Assembly: GCA_963721455.1 (NCBI GenBank)
Contig: CAVRJG010000023.1
Location: forward strand, 1-18,099
Source of the DNA: an uncultured Methanosarcinaceae archaeon
Lineage (GTDB): Archaea > Halobacteriota > Methanosarcinia > Methanosarcinales > Methanosarcinaceae
Direction: 5' to 3'
Length of the DNA stretch: 18,099 nt
Shown: piece after piece, positions 1 through 8,928 of the stretch
Layout of the letters: the number at the start of each line of letters is the position of its first letter
Position numbering within the stretch: the stretch's first letter is position 1
Made by a program: the position numbers and the translations under genes
Notes under the pieces: generated by a model
The model's database searches: none
What the model saw: the letters and a program-made list of their open reading frames with translations, nothing else
Told to the model about the DNA's origin: nothing

Positions 1-240
1 TCGACGTTTAATTTTTGATAATTTTACTGATGGCGATTTTGAAATAATGCTCCTTACTTGTGTGTAATTGATAGGTTTACATATGACCAATTATTAATTT
101 CTCATACTAAACTTTAATGAAAAAATGATTTAGTATTTATATATGCTGTGGGAGTTGAGCCACCTGTTAACCAGCTTTAAACCTAATCTATAGTTAGTGA
201 ATGTTCAAAAACGGCATCAAGAAAAATATTCTAATTTTTA

Positions 241-262
241 ATGTCGACCTGCCGAAAGTAGG
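241..262. mobile_element. Probable IS/MITE right end (possibly IS1634-like)
   Basis: ATGTCGACCTGCCGAAAGTAGG reads CCTACTTTCGGCAGGTCGACAT on the minus strand. The window start (TCGACGTT) weakly mirrors its inner part, so the left end may lie just outside the window. Confidence 0.3.
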
Positions 263-348
263 AAATAACCATCAAGAGAAAGAGAATCATCTGTCAAATA
301 GAATCATAAAAAATGGGTCAAAAATTTGTTGACCATAATATTACTTCT

Positions 349-410
349 TCATTCCTATCAGATATGAAAACATTCTTCCTCATTCCTATCAGATATGAAA
401 ACATTCTTCC
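349..410. repeat. Perfect 31-bp tandem duplication
   Basis: TCATTCCTATCAGATATGAAAACATTCTTCC at 349-379 and 380-410. Confidence 0.95.
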
Positions 411-424
411 AAGAAAAAAATCAA

Positions 425-439
425 ACTGTCAAATTCGGG
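425..439. mobile_element. Solo IS1634-type right terminal inverted repeat
   Basis: ACTGTCAAATTCGGG resembles the right end of the complete IS1634 element in this window (ACTGTCAAACTTAGG, 10979-10993). Confidence 0.55.
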
Positions 440-511
440 TTATTATATAAACAATAATTCAACTAAAATGTTTGTTAGCAGATGATTTTTTGTCATACTA
501 TCTTTTTGTTT

Positions 512-991
512 TCTGGCCCGGATGAAGAGGACAACTGCAAGTGGAAAGAGCATCAGCAGGATAAGGGACTTAGCTATGTCCCAGAGGTTGATAGTAACCC
601 CATAGATCAAAAGAGGCAAGACTTCGGTACGTAAAGAATGGTCATCACCATCAGGAGCACCATTAGCCCTACGGCAAACGCAGCGTCCCCTTTTGCCACC
701 TGTGCGAGCTTCGGCAAAAAAGGAGCCCCGCAGCAGTCCCAAGAAGAAAAGCCAGATGGACAATCCTTCAGAAAGTGGGAAGACCATCAGTACCCCAATT
801 GCAAGAAAAGGGACGAGTATAAAGTTTGCCGCCAGCGAGAGAATTACAAGCCTTAAATTGTGCAGCGGGGAGAGGATCTTCGGAACTGTAAGGGAAAAGC
901 CCATGCCAAGCATACTGGTGAGCACAAAGACCAGTGCAGCAAGGACACCGATGGTTTCACGGAAGTTCAAAAAGGGAACAGTCTCAACCAT
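512..991 (-). pseudogene. Bile acid:sodium symporter (BASS) family transporter, frameshifted and 3'-truncated
   Basis: Motifs SMLGMGFSLT and LAANFILVP. The family-typical GAPFLPKLAQVAKGDAAFAVGLMVLL segment lies in another frame (two compensating shifts near 735 and 625). Similarity stops at about 512 (LFIRAR). Confidence 0.8.
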
Positions 992-1016
992 TCTTCTCCC
1001 CTGATTCCTATCAATT

Positions 1017-1537
1017 TTATGCCATCTGATCTATTGCTGCCGTAATTATAAGAATTAGAGCAACATCCTGTCCGGGCTCAATTTCCACTCCATATGTATC
1101 CCTTATGCGGAACCACTTTTTGGAGACCTCCACAACTTTTTCCCTTCCGGCCTCAATCTCGTACTCGTGGTCCAAGATATTGCCCTGGACATTCATTTCG
1201 GGCCCATTTGCTACTTCAACTTTCCAGCGACCTCGGAGTGGTGCGATCAGGGCTTTTTTGATAGTCGCACCGTTTCGCCATTCGCATCCTGGATGTCCAT
1301 CGTATCCTTGATCCGGAGAAGCTTCTCTTTGAGTTTATAGAGCTCGTTTCCCTGCACATCCTTGATAACCAGGGTTTCACGCAAGCGGAGTGCTTTGCCG
1401 TCCACATAGAATTCCCGCTTTCCTTCTTCGTTTTCAATCCAAAAGTCGTCTCCTATGGAAACGAGTTTTTCATGCATCTCGCAGGTATGTTTGCTTTCTG
1501 CTCCATGGCCCCTGAGGCTTCCAATTCGTTCTCTCAT
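1017..1537 (-). pseudogene. LURP-one-related/scramblase-like (DUF567-type) protein with one frameshift
   Basis: EKLVSIGDDFWIENEEG..VDGKALRLRET. After a shift near 1268 it continues ATIKKALIAPLR..VQGNILDHEYEI..VSKKWFRIRDTYGVEI..AIDQMA* (stop 1017-1019). Confidence 0.8.
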
Positions 1538-1854
1538 TAAAAATCACTTCCTTTGTTTATCACAGCCTCGATACCGTACCTGTGGCCACCTATTTATCCT
1601 GTCAAGAACGGGGAATAATAATACGACCATAGAATGGGGAATAATAATACGATAATACGGGTTAGCTTTCTCTCTCAGGAAACTGCAGTAACGCTCTAAT
1701 TTGTCCCCAATGATGGATCTGGACAGATGATTCTTCGAATTGTTCCAGATATTCCCCACATGAGCACATAAATGTATATAATATATATTCAAATTTGATT
1801 ATAATATTATCTCATGTATGTATGAGAGTTAAGGGAGAGTAAATTATGGGCTAA

Positions 1855-1904
1855 GAGCCTATCCGAAAAATGTTGTTACTTACTCTAACTTTTCGGATAG
1901 GCTC
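1855..1904. mobile_element. 50-bp miniature IS5-family derivative
   Basis: Perfect inverted repeats GAGCCTATCCGAAAA / TTTTCGGATAGGCTC around 20 bp; 14/15 identical to the IR of the IS5 element at 12422-13279; flanked by TAA/TTA. Confidence 0.85.
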
Positions 1905-1927
1905 TTAATATAATAATTTATTCATAA

Positions 1928-2991
1928 CTTGACTTTGTCACATTTCCTTTTCACGTCTACCGTGAAGTATAATTTTTCCCCTATAAATTTGGTTTAGTGA
2001 AACAAATAACAGCTGACTTCATCAAGTCAAATAATATCTCTGTAGAAAAATACATTTCAGAGAAGCATCTTGAATTCTATTTTCAAACGAAAACTCGTTG
2101 TATGGTTTTAACCTGTATTGATTACCTTAATGGTTTGCTTCTCCTCCCCTATAGGAAAAATATGAGAAAAATGGCAATTTACTGTTGTAAATGCTCTAAC
2201 AACCAATCACTAAGCCATTTCCTCTCAACTTCTCCTTGGCGTTCTGCAGATCTCCTCAAATCTGTTCGAACAAAAGCCATTCAAACTATAGGTAAAAATG
2301 GTGTTCTTATACTTGACGAATCAAGCATAAAAAAATCTGGAAATAGTTCTGTCGGAGTTTCTCATCAGTATTGCGGCAACCTTGGAAAAAAGGATAATTG
2401 TCAGGTTGGCGTATTCCTTGCTTATTTTAAGAAAAATAAGAGAATGTTGATTGATGAGAGATTATATCTCCCACAAAAATGGATTGATGACAAGGCACGT
2501 TGTTTAAAGGCTAAAATTCCTCGTGAGGAGATAAAGTTCCGAACCAAGTATGAACTTGGTCTTGAAATGATTGATAATGCAATAGAAGAAGGTATTCCTT
2601 TCTCCTATGTCACAATGGATGGATTCTACGGTGAAAATCCTGAGTTATTGACAGAACTTGAAAGTAGAGGCTTAACTTTTGTTGCAGACATAGCTGTTGA
2701 TACTCTCGTCTATATTGAGAAACCATTAGTTGGGATTCCTGAGAAAAAGGGAATCAGAGGAAGGAAACCTATTATTCCCAGAGTTTTGAATACATTATCA
2801 ACAAGGGTTGATTTTCTTTCCAGTTTAATTGAAGGATGGAAACTTATCAAAGTTAGAAAAACGGAAAGAGGGTACAAAAAAGTCTATTTTAAGGCCATAA
2901 AGGTTTGGAGACGTCAGAATAACTTGCCTTGTGAGAAGCCACTATGGCTTCTCATAAGTAAAGATTCAGAATCAAATGAAATAAAATACTC
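1928..2991 (+). mobile_element. IS701-family element, 3'-truncated
   Basis: Probable left end CTTGACTTTGTCAC at about 1928; transposase ORF follows; interrupted at 2992 by a second IS. Confidence 0.7.
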
Positions 2992-3016
2992 TAGGAGTTA
3001 CGCAGTTGGCTCTTAG
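1997..3016 (+). pseudogene. IS701-family DDE transposase, C-terminally truncated
   Basis: Motifs LILDESSIKKSG, QYCGNLGKKDNCQVGV, RLYLPQKW, TMDGFYG. Ends at EIKYS where the next IS begins, so the region with the catalytic Glu is missing. Confidence 0.88.
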
Positions 3017-4129
3017 CATATCGTTTTTCACAACTTCCCATCCATACAAATTAATTTAATGTGTACAGTGGATTATTTAAATATGCTGTCACTGCCACTC
3101 TTCTAATTTTCATGGCACTTTCAAACCAGGATATTCCACTTTTGATTCTTTGTAATTCCAGTCTGAGAAAAGCTCTTAATGAGAACATTATATGTGCTCT
3201 TTGTGACTCTTCCTTTCTTGCCTGACATTTTTCGACACCACAGAACTGCTTTATCCCTCTATGATATTCCTCAATTTTCCATGATTTCTTTGCCAAATCC
3301 TCACGTTTTGATTCATCCATATCCTGCACATCTGTAACCCAGTGTTGCGTGTCTCCATCTTTTGAAACAATCCGAAACACCTTTACAAATCCATATGCTT
3401 TGAGATGAACCACAAGTCCTTCTGGAGGAATATCTACTGTTTCAAGTGGTACGTTTCCCTTGTTGTTAGGATTTACCAAACGATTATTTTTTAACCTCGT
3501 AAGGAAATGCCATTCTTTCTTCCTTATGGCTTTAAGGTTTTTCACACTTGCATACCATGTATCAAACAAAACAAATTCGGGATTAAAACCACGTTCTTCA
3601 GCTTTGTCAAGCATATCAAGGAAATGGTCATTTTTCGTTTTGTCGTCTTCATCGATGTTATAAATTCGAAAATCGAGAGGTATGACGGTTGTACCGTCTG
3701 TCCAAACTAAGGTAACCAGGCCTATCCCTTTTACAGTACGATGATGTTTTCCACTCCACTGGTACCGAACAAAGCCCATCTTTTCAGAATAAGGTTTATC
3801 CAATACTGTATCGTCGACTATTAGATAACCTTCTTTGGGAGTAACAAATTTCCTTACTTCAGTCCATAAAGATTCTGTATCTGAAGATTGATTTTGAAGA
3901 AGGCGAGTAAAACAATCATGAGAAGGAGCATTGACTAAAGATGAATAACAGCGAGCAGCTTCGGTACAACTATAAACGGTAGATGCTGCAATAAGAAAAT
4001 TGATGTAATCAAGGACAGTACATTTGGGTGGATTTATAGGCATAACTCCAACCATTTTCAGATTATATAAAAAAGGAATTATATTTTAAATGATTTTAAG
4101 TTTGCGGTGATTCAAGTGCGTAAGTCCTA
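2992..4129 (-). mobile_element. Complete IS701-family element (1138 bp)
   Basis: Inverted ends TAGGAGTTACGCAGTTG (2992-3008) and CAAGTGCGTAAGTCCTA (4113-4129), 15/17 match. Confidence 0.9.
3051..4043 (-). CDS. IS701-family DDE transposase (intact)
   Basis: LIVDDTVLDKPY, WSGKHH, LFDTWYAS, WKIEEYHRGIKQ give the DDE triad. Start placed at MPINPP (4043); the ORF track starts at 4055. Confidence 0.9.
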   Translation of the reverse strand: MPINPPKCTVLDYINFLIAASTVYSCTEAARCYSSLVNAPSHDCFTRLLQNQSSDTESLWTEVRKFVTPKEGYLIVDDTVLDKPYSEKMGFVRYQWSGKHHRTVKGIGLVTLVWTDGTTVIPLDFRIYNIDEDDKTKNDHFLDMLDKAEERGFNPEFVLFDTWYASVKNLKAIRKKEWHFLTRLKNNRLVNPNNKGNVPLETVDIPPEGLVVHLKAYGFVKVFRIVSKDGDTQHWVTDVQDMDESKREDLAKKSWKIEEYHRGIKQFCGVEKCQARKEESQRAHIMFSLRAFLRLELQRIKSGISWFESAMKIRRVAVTAYLNNPLYTLN

Positions 4130-4285
4130 TATTCATCAGAAAGAATGAGACTTTTTATTAAAAATTCTTTATAATTATAAATGTTTTTTTGTTATTTTAG
4201 TTAGGGCAACTTTAAAAAACTATGGTTGTGCATCATCTCTCCAAAAGCGTACACTTTTTTAGCGTTGTATATCCCATAATCTTAG

Positions 4286-4370
4286 TGCAAGGGGTGGGAT
4301 TCGAACCCGCGAAAACTTTCGTAAACGTATCTTCAGTCCATCGCCTTTGACCTGGCTGGACAATCCTTGC
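4286..4370 (-). tRNA. Degenerate tRNA-Leu-type gene (probable pseudo-tRNA) with GAA anticodon
   Basis: Minus strand: GCAAGGA TT GTCCAGCCAGGTCAAAGGC G ATGGA CTGAAGA TACGT TTACGAAAGTTTTC GCGGG TTCGAAT CCCAC CCCTTGC A. 85 nt, long variable region, A73, canonical T-loop; one mismatch each in acceptor, anticodon and T stems. Confidence 0.85.
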
Positions 4371-4501
4371 ATATTGAAGGACATATTCAGTTTGCTCTTT
4401 GAGGACTATGCACGCCACAATAATATGCCATAATTCAAATTATTTCCCAGCTACCACATTGATAGTCCACCGAAAGACTGACTTTTACAACGTGCCATTT
4501 T

Positions 4502-4525
4502 TAACTTTTCGGATAGACTCTTAAT
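4502..4525. mobile_element. Solo IS5-type terminal repeat
   Basis: TAACTTTTCGGATAGACTCTTAAT is 23/24 identical to 1886-1909. Confidence 0.75.
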
Positions 4526-4632
4526 CATTGTAACATGCGCCTGTAATTATATATATCATTTAAATTTATAATAATCACTGGATAACTCAAATACACGTCC
4601 AGATAGGAGATGGAAATGGGGGATGGAGATAA

Positions 4633-5856
4633 ATGAAAAATAAGGATAGTTTATACTTAACATTTTTTACTTCAGCAGTCCTGGTTTGTTTTTTAATTAT
4701 CGGCTCCTCGGCTGCACTGGCATCTAACGGACAAAATGCTTCGTATAATGACTCGTCGACGAATAATGGATTTCCTTATCCGCGTGGTACAGCCCCGGCA
4801 TATGGGATGATGGGATGGGAAACTGGGACTCAATTTTTAACCGATAAGGCTACGCTTGTTCATTTAGGATGGAAAACTTCTATAACTCCACAACAGTTTG
4901 TTGATAACGTTAATAGAGGTAAACAGCTGGGAATTTCAAAATATTTAGTAGCTACTAGCGGCCCACAAATGACCTCTGAAAGTTTCTGGAAATCAGTCAA
5001 GGATATGGGTGTTACTGATAATGATTTCTATGGTGTCTATTTCCCTGACGAGGAAGGAAGTCCTTCAACACTTATCACCATGCGCACAGCTATGAAGAAA
5101 TACTTCCCCAATGCTGTTGCTGGCGATTATTTAGGTGATATGCAGACTGGACCTGATGATGACGAATTTATTCCAGGGCTGGATGTTTGTTATTTCACTA
5201 CCTACACGAAATTTCATCCTGAACGTCCACACGCCTGGGTATATGGTAATCTTATTGCCAATGCCCCGGATTGGAAAAATGCAGGAAAAACAGTATATGT
5301 AACAACAGAAGCATTTGGTCAGGCTATTGAGGTGAATGCTTCCGATCCGGATTTGAATACTGCGCAAAAAGTGGCTGATCGTCATGAAAGTCAGATCGTT
5401 ATGGGAATTTTAGGAGGAGCCCAGGGTGTTTTCTCATATGCTTATAAATATGCAGCAGATACTCCATCCTATACTGGATGGGAAAACTTTAGGCCGAGAT
5501 ATGAACAGATCTGGCCCTGGATTATGAACGGCAACCGGAGACTTCTGACAACAAACGTAACTAGCGGAAGGACAAGTATAACTTCAGATCCAGGTGGCAC
5601 AATTTCTGCGGTTACAGCCTACATATTTACTGATGCAGACGGTAGAAAATTAGTTGCGTCATCAAGCATGCTTGATTTTACTGAAGCAAATGGTATGGCA
5701 AATAATGCAACAATTACCGGTGTGCCAAACGGAACGTATGATGTCTTATGGGAGAACAGAACCGTGACTGTTACTGATGGAACCATCAAAGATACCTGGC
5801 AACCATACGCGTACCATTTCTACCAATTAAAGACGAATGATACTGGTACCAAATAA
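4633..5856 (+). CDS. Secreted protein, probable glycoside-hydrolase-like barrel plus C-terminal beta domain
   Basis: 407-aa ORF; GGAG RBS; signal peptide (MKNK, hydrophobic core, ALA-S); acidic motifs YFPDEE and TTEAF, GAQGVFSY, beta-rich C-terminus. Family assignment is inference. Confidence 0.75.
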   Translation: MKNKDSLYLTFFTSAVLVCFLIIGSSAALASNGQNASYNDSSTNNGFPYPRGTAPAYGMMGWETGTQFLTDKATLVHLGWKTSITPQQFVDNVNRGKQLGISKYLVATSGPQMTSESFWKSVKDMGVTDNDFYGVYFPDEEGSPSTLITMRTAMKKYFPNAVAGDYLGDMQTGPDDDEFIPGLDVCYFTTYTKFHPERPHAWVYGNLIANAPDWKNAGKTVYVTTEAFGQAIEVNASDPDLNTAQKVADRHESQIVMGILGGAQGVFSYAYKYAADTPSYTGWENFRPRYEQIWPWIMNGNRRLLTTNVTSGRTSITSDPGGTISAVTAYIFTDADGRKLVASSSMLDFTEANGMANNATITGVPNGTYDVLWENRTVTVTDGTIKDTWQPYAYHFYQLKTNDTGTK

Positions 5857-5966
5857 GCTCTTACTGTTACCAACGGTTCCGGTTCGGGTTTTTCACCAAG
5901 GGTTAGCAGGTTACTATCTCTGCTAACTCTCCCGTTTCCGGCAAAATGTTTGACAAATGGACGGGG
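5857..5966 (+). pseudogene. Decayed InlB B-repeat/Flg_new-like domain, former 3' extension of the 4633 gene
   Basis: Past the TAA: ALTVTNGSGSG, then a 1-nt deletion at about 5890, then FTKG*QVTISANSPVSGKMFDKWTG. Confidence 0.7.
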
Positions 5967-5986
5967 ATGGACGGGGATGGACGGGG
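5957..5986. repeat. Three tandem copies of ATGGACGGGG
   Basis: Perfect 10-bp units at 5957, 5967 and 5977. Confidence 0.95.
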
Positions 5987-6119
5987 AGAAATCATTATAT
6001 TTATAGAGAAATATCGGATATTTTTGCCGCAAAATTAGGAAAAACAGGATTTCCATGTCAATTATTGCTGAAGTGTGAGCGTATAAATCGGATTTGTTTG
6101 TTTATGCGTATGGTAATGA

Positions 6120-6802
<683 letters not shown>

Positions 6803-7187
6803 ACTGTTGAAGGAAGAACATTAATAAGCTCGGAAGCATGAAACACTTAAAGTTCGTCTATTAAACTTCTGTTGTAAACCTTCCTACAGCAGGAGTTTTT
6901 GAACTTAAAGTTATAACTCCATGAACTATAAATTTTATATGTGCATGAGGCATTTCATCCACTTCTTTGCTAATAATAGTAATTGTCTTGTTCCAGATAG
7001 TTTCTTTTTGGAACCTTTTTTCTTCAGTAATTTTTCTATTCAGGGGTATGCGGGTCATTATTGATCCGCAAGTGATGCAGCATTAAACTTTATTTTTTTC
7101 TAAAGATATGCAGCCAGATTCTGGTATTATCCCTTATTTGTTGCAAATAGCTTTTCGTATTGAATCTTACAACAGATGTCAAGATAT

Positions 7188-7295
7188 CCGCGGAAATCGC
7201 CAGTGATAGGGTGGGCACCCTCCGTCCGGCAGTAAGCTACCGCGAGTCGAAACCCTCCAGGCACGGGTCTCCAGGGGGCTGCACCGCTGGGTGCA
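7188..7295. other. GC-rich structured non-coding island (candidate ncRNA or mobile-element origin)
   Basis: Abrupt GC-rich block in AT-rich flanks. Nested stems CGCGG/CCGCG (7189/7240), GCC/GGC, AGGGT/ACCCT (7208/7217), plus hairpin TGCACC/GGTGCA (7280/7290). Confidence 0.4.
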
Positions 7296-7382
7296 AACAG
7301 TACATTTATTTATTAAGAGCTAAACATTAATAAACATTTAAGGATGTCTTACTAATACATTTGAAATGAGGAGGTTATTAAA

Positions 7383-7739
7383 TTGAATACAGAACAAAAC
7401 ACCGAAAAACAAGGACACACCAGAAAGACCGACGAAGAAGAATTTGAAAAAATAAGAGCAGAGCTCGAGATAGCAACTGAAAAAATCATATATTTCGAGG
7501 ATATAATAAAATCCGCAGACAACCTGAGGAAATTAGCAGAAGTTAAGATTATAGAAACCGAATCCAAAAGACTGGATACACTCACCAATAAATTAGATTC
7601 ACAGATCCAGAGTATCGGAGAACTGGTAAGAAAAGCAGAGACCAAAAGAGAAGAAGCAATAAATAAACTGCTGGATGCAGAGGTCAGGCTAATAGTGGTA
7701 GAAAATAGAATATTACACGCAAAAGTCGCAAATTTTTAA
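7383..7739 (+). CDS. Hypothetical coiled-coil protein
   Basis: 118 aa, E/K/L/I-rich heptad pattern; strong RBS GAGGAGGT upstream of TTG; T-rich tract downstream. Confidence 0.75.
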   Translation: MNTEQNTEKQGHTRKTDEEEFEKIRAELEIATEKIIYFEDIIKSADNLRKLAEVKIIETESKRLDTLTNKLDSQIQSIGELVRKAETKREEAINKLLDAEVRLIVVENRILHAKVANF

Positions 7740-7849
7740 AGATAGTATAAAAACCAGAGATTATAAGATTTTCACATTTTATTTTTCAGGATTCAATCCC
7801 ACAGACTTTGCAGGAATCTTTTGCAAATAATATAGATTAAAATCTATTT

Positions 7850-8092
7850 AAATTAAATTAAATTAAATTAAATTAAATTCATTGGTCATCGGTTAAGGAA
7901 TTTTCTTGCCTGTATGCTATCGATTTCGAAGCAAAATTAGTCCCAAATTTCAAGCACTAAAACTGAAATCGATATCCTGTTCCAATTTCACATTAATGAA
8001 TATTTTGGAGAAATGTTGTGGAAATGGGGCAATTTATCATGATTCATCACTTAACCGAAGACGCATGAAATTAAATTAAATTAAATCAAATC
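7850..8092. repeat. (AAATT)n microsatellite split by a MITE
   Basis: Six units at 7850-7879; three units plus two AAATC variants at 8068-8092. Confidence 0.9.
7880..8067. mobile_element. 188-bp MITE with CAT...ATG ends (IS4 family, ISH8-type)
   Basis: Left CATTGGTCATCGGTTAAG versus reverse complement of the right end CATGCGTCTTCGGTTAAG (15/18); no ORF; identical AAATTAAATT flanks. Confidence 0.8.
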
Positions 8093-8202
8093 TGAGTTTC
8101 GGATAAATCTGTGTAAGAGAACAAAAGTTTTGTGTAAGAGATCAACATAAAACTTATTCTCTACACAAAGCCTATTTTCCAGTTTATATCCTTCTCAACC
8201 TA
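8092..8202. mobile_element. Possible MITE-like dispersed repeat
   Basis: Internal direct repeat TGTGTAAGAGA (8110, 8131), inverted copy TCTCTACACA (8158-8167), imperfect inverted ends TGAGTTTCGGATAAA / TTTATATCCTTCTCA. Confidence 0.45.
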
Positions 8203-8266
8203 AATTTTACAGGCTGTTCTCAGGTAGTCATCAATCGATAATTTCACAGAATCTGGAAACACAACA

Positions 8267-8336
8267 TTTTTATAACTTAAGATCGAAGGATGTTCACAAT
8301 TGTGAATTGAAGGTTTGTATTGTTCACAATTGTGAA
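8267..8336 (+). promoter_or_regulatory. TATA box followed by tandem palindromic operator
   Basis: TTTTTATAA at 8267-8275; TGTTCACAATTGTGAA at 8291-8306 and 8321-8336 (14-bp perfect palindrome, 30-bp spacing); GGTGA RBS at 8346. Confidence 0.7.
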
Positions 8337-8354
8337 GATTCATGTGGTGAAATA

Positions 8355-8670
8355 TTGAAAATCATACATTGCGGTAAAAATAGTGGGATTAAGTAACCAA
8401 AATCTGAAGCAAAACAACAGTTACCAAACTATGATCGATTCGGAGGGAACGGACCATATCAGAATAATCAGACGTATTAGCCTGAAACTCTGATTGAAGT
8501 TTTTAAGGACCTTTATCTTGAACTTAAAAAAAATCCTGACAAAAAACCACATATAACCATATGTCTCCCATTCGATCTACGAGGAGATGTCGGATAATAT
8601 GAAACATTTCCATGAATTTGCGGTCTCGTGCATGGATGAGACATTTGATCTGATCGTATTAACGAACTAA
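8355..8670 (+). pseudogene. Hypothetical protein of about 105 aa split by three frameshifts
   Basis: Stitched reading: MKIIHCGK/IVGLSNQNLKQNNSYQTMIDSEGTDHIRIIRRISLK/LIEVFKDLYLELKKNPDKKPHITI/VSHSIYEEMSDNMKHFHEFAVSCMDETFDLIVLTN*. RBS and promoter upstream. Confidence 0.55.
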
Positions 8671-8928
8671 CTCATCTCAGGCTTTTACTTACTAAATCAG
8701 AGGGAAAACACATATAACGGTCTTCCGGGCATTTCTCCATTTGGGATACTGGAAGGCACAATTGTGCTAATTTATCTTTATTAATAAGATCATTTTTGCA
8801 TTATTGGGTAATAAATCAATCTTTTTGTGCTTGTTTGCGGAATTTGAACCAATAGGTTTAAAAATAAAGAATTCTTCTAGGGTAATGGTGATTCACTATG
8901 AGGGATCGTTTTTGTTGAAAATGAATCT

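Noticed and set aside
638-1311. Plus-strand ORFs 638-856, 693-1004, 860-1045, 1105-1311
   Set aside because: Antisense shadows of the symporter and LURP-like pseudogenes.
1455-1792. ORFs 1455-1655 and 1544-1792
   Set aside because: No recognisable motif or RBS; composition not protein-like.
4233-4418. 61-aa ORF
   Set aside because: Reads through the tRNA-like sequence.
5904-5906. In-frame TAG as a pyrrolysine codon
   Set aside because: Lies downstream of a TAA and a frameshift, so it cannot be translated in that frame.
6861-7058. 65-aa minus-strand ORF
   Set aside because: No motif recognised; could be a gene remnant but cannot be supported.
7188-7295. Hammerhead or HDV-like ribozyme, tRNA-Pyl, SRP RNA
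   Set aside because: No CTGATGA core, no convincing HDV pseudoknot and no cloverleaf or SRP motif on either strand by eye.
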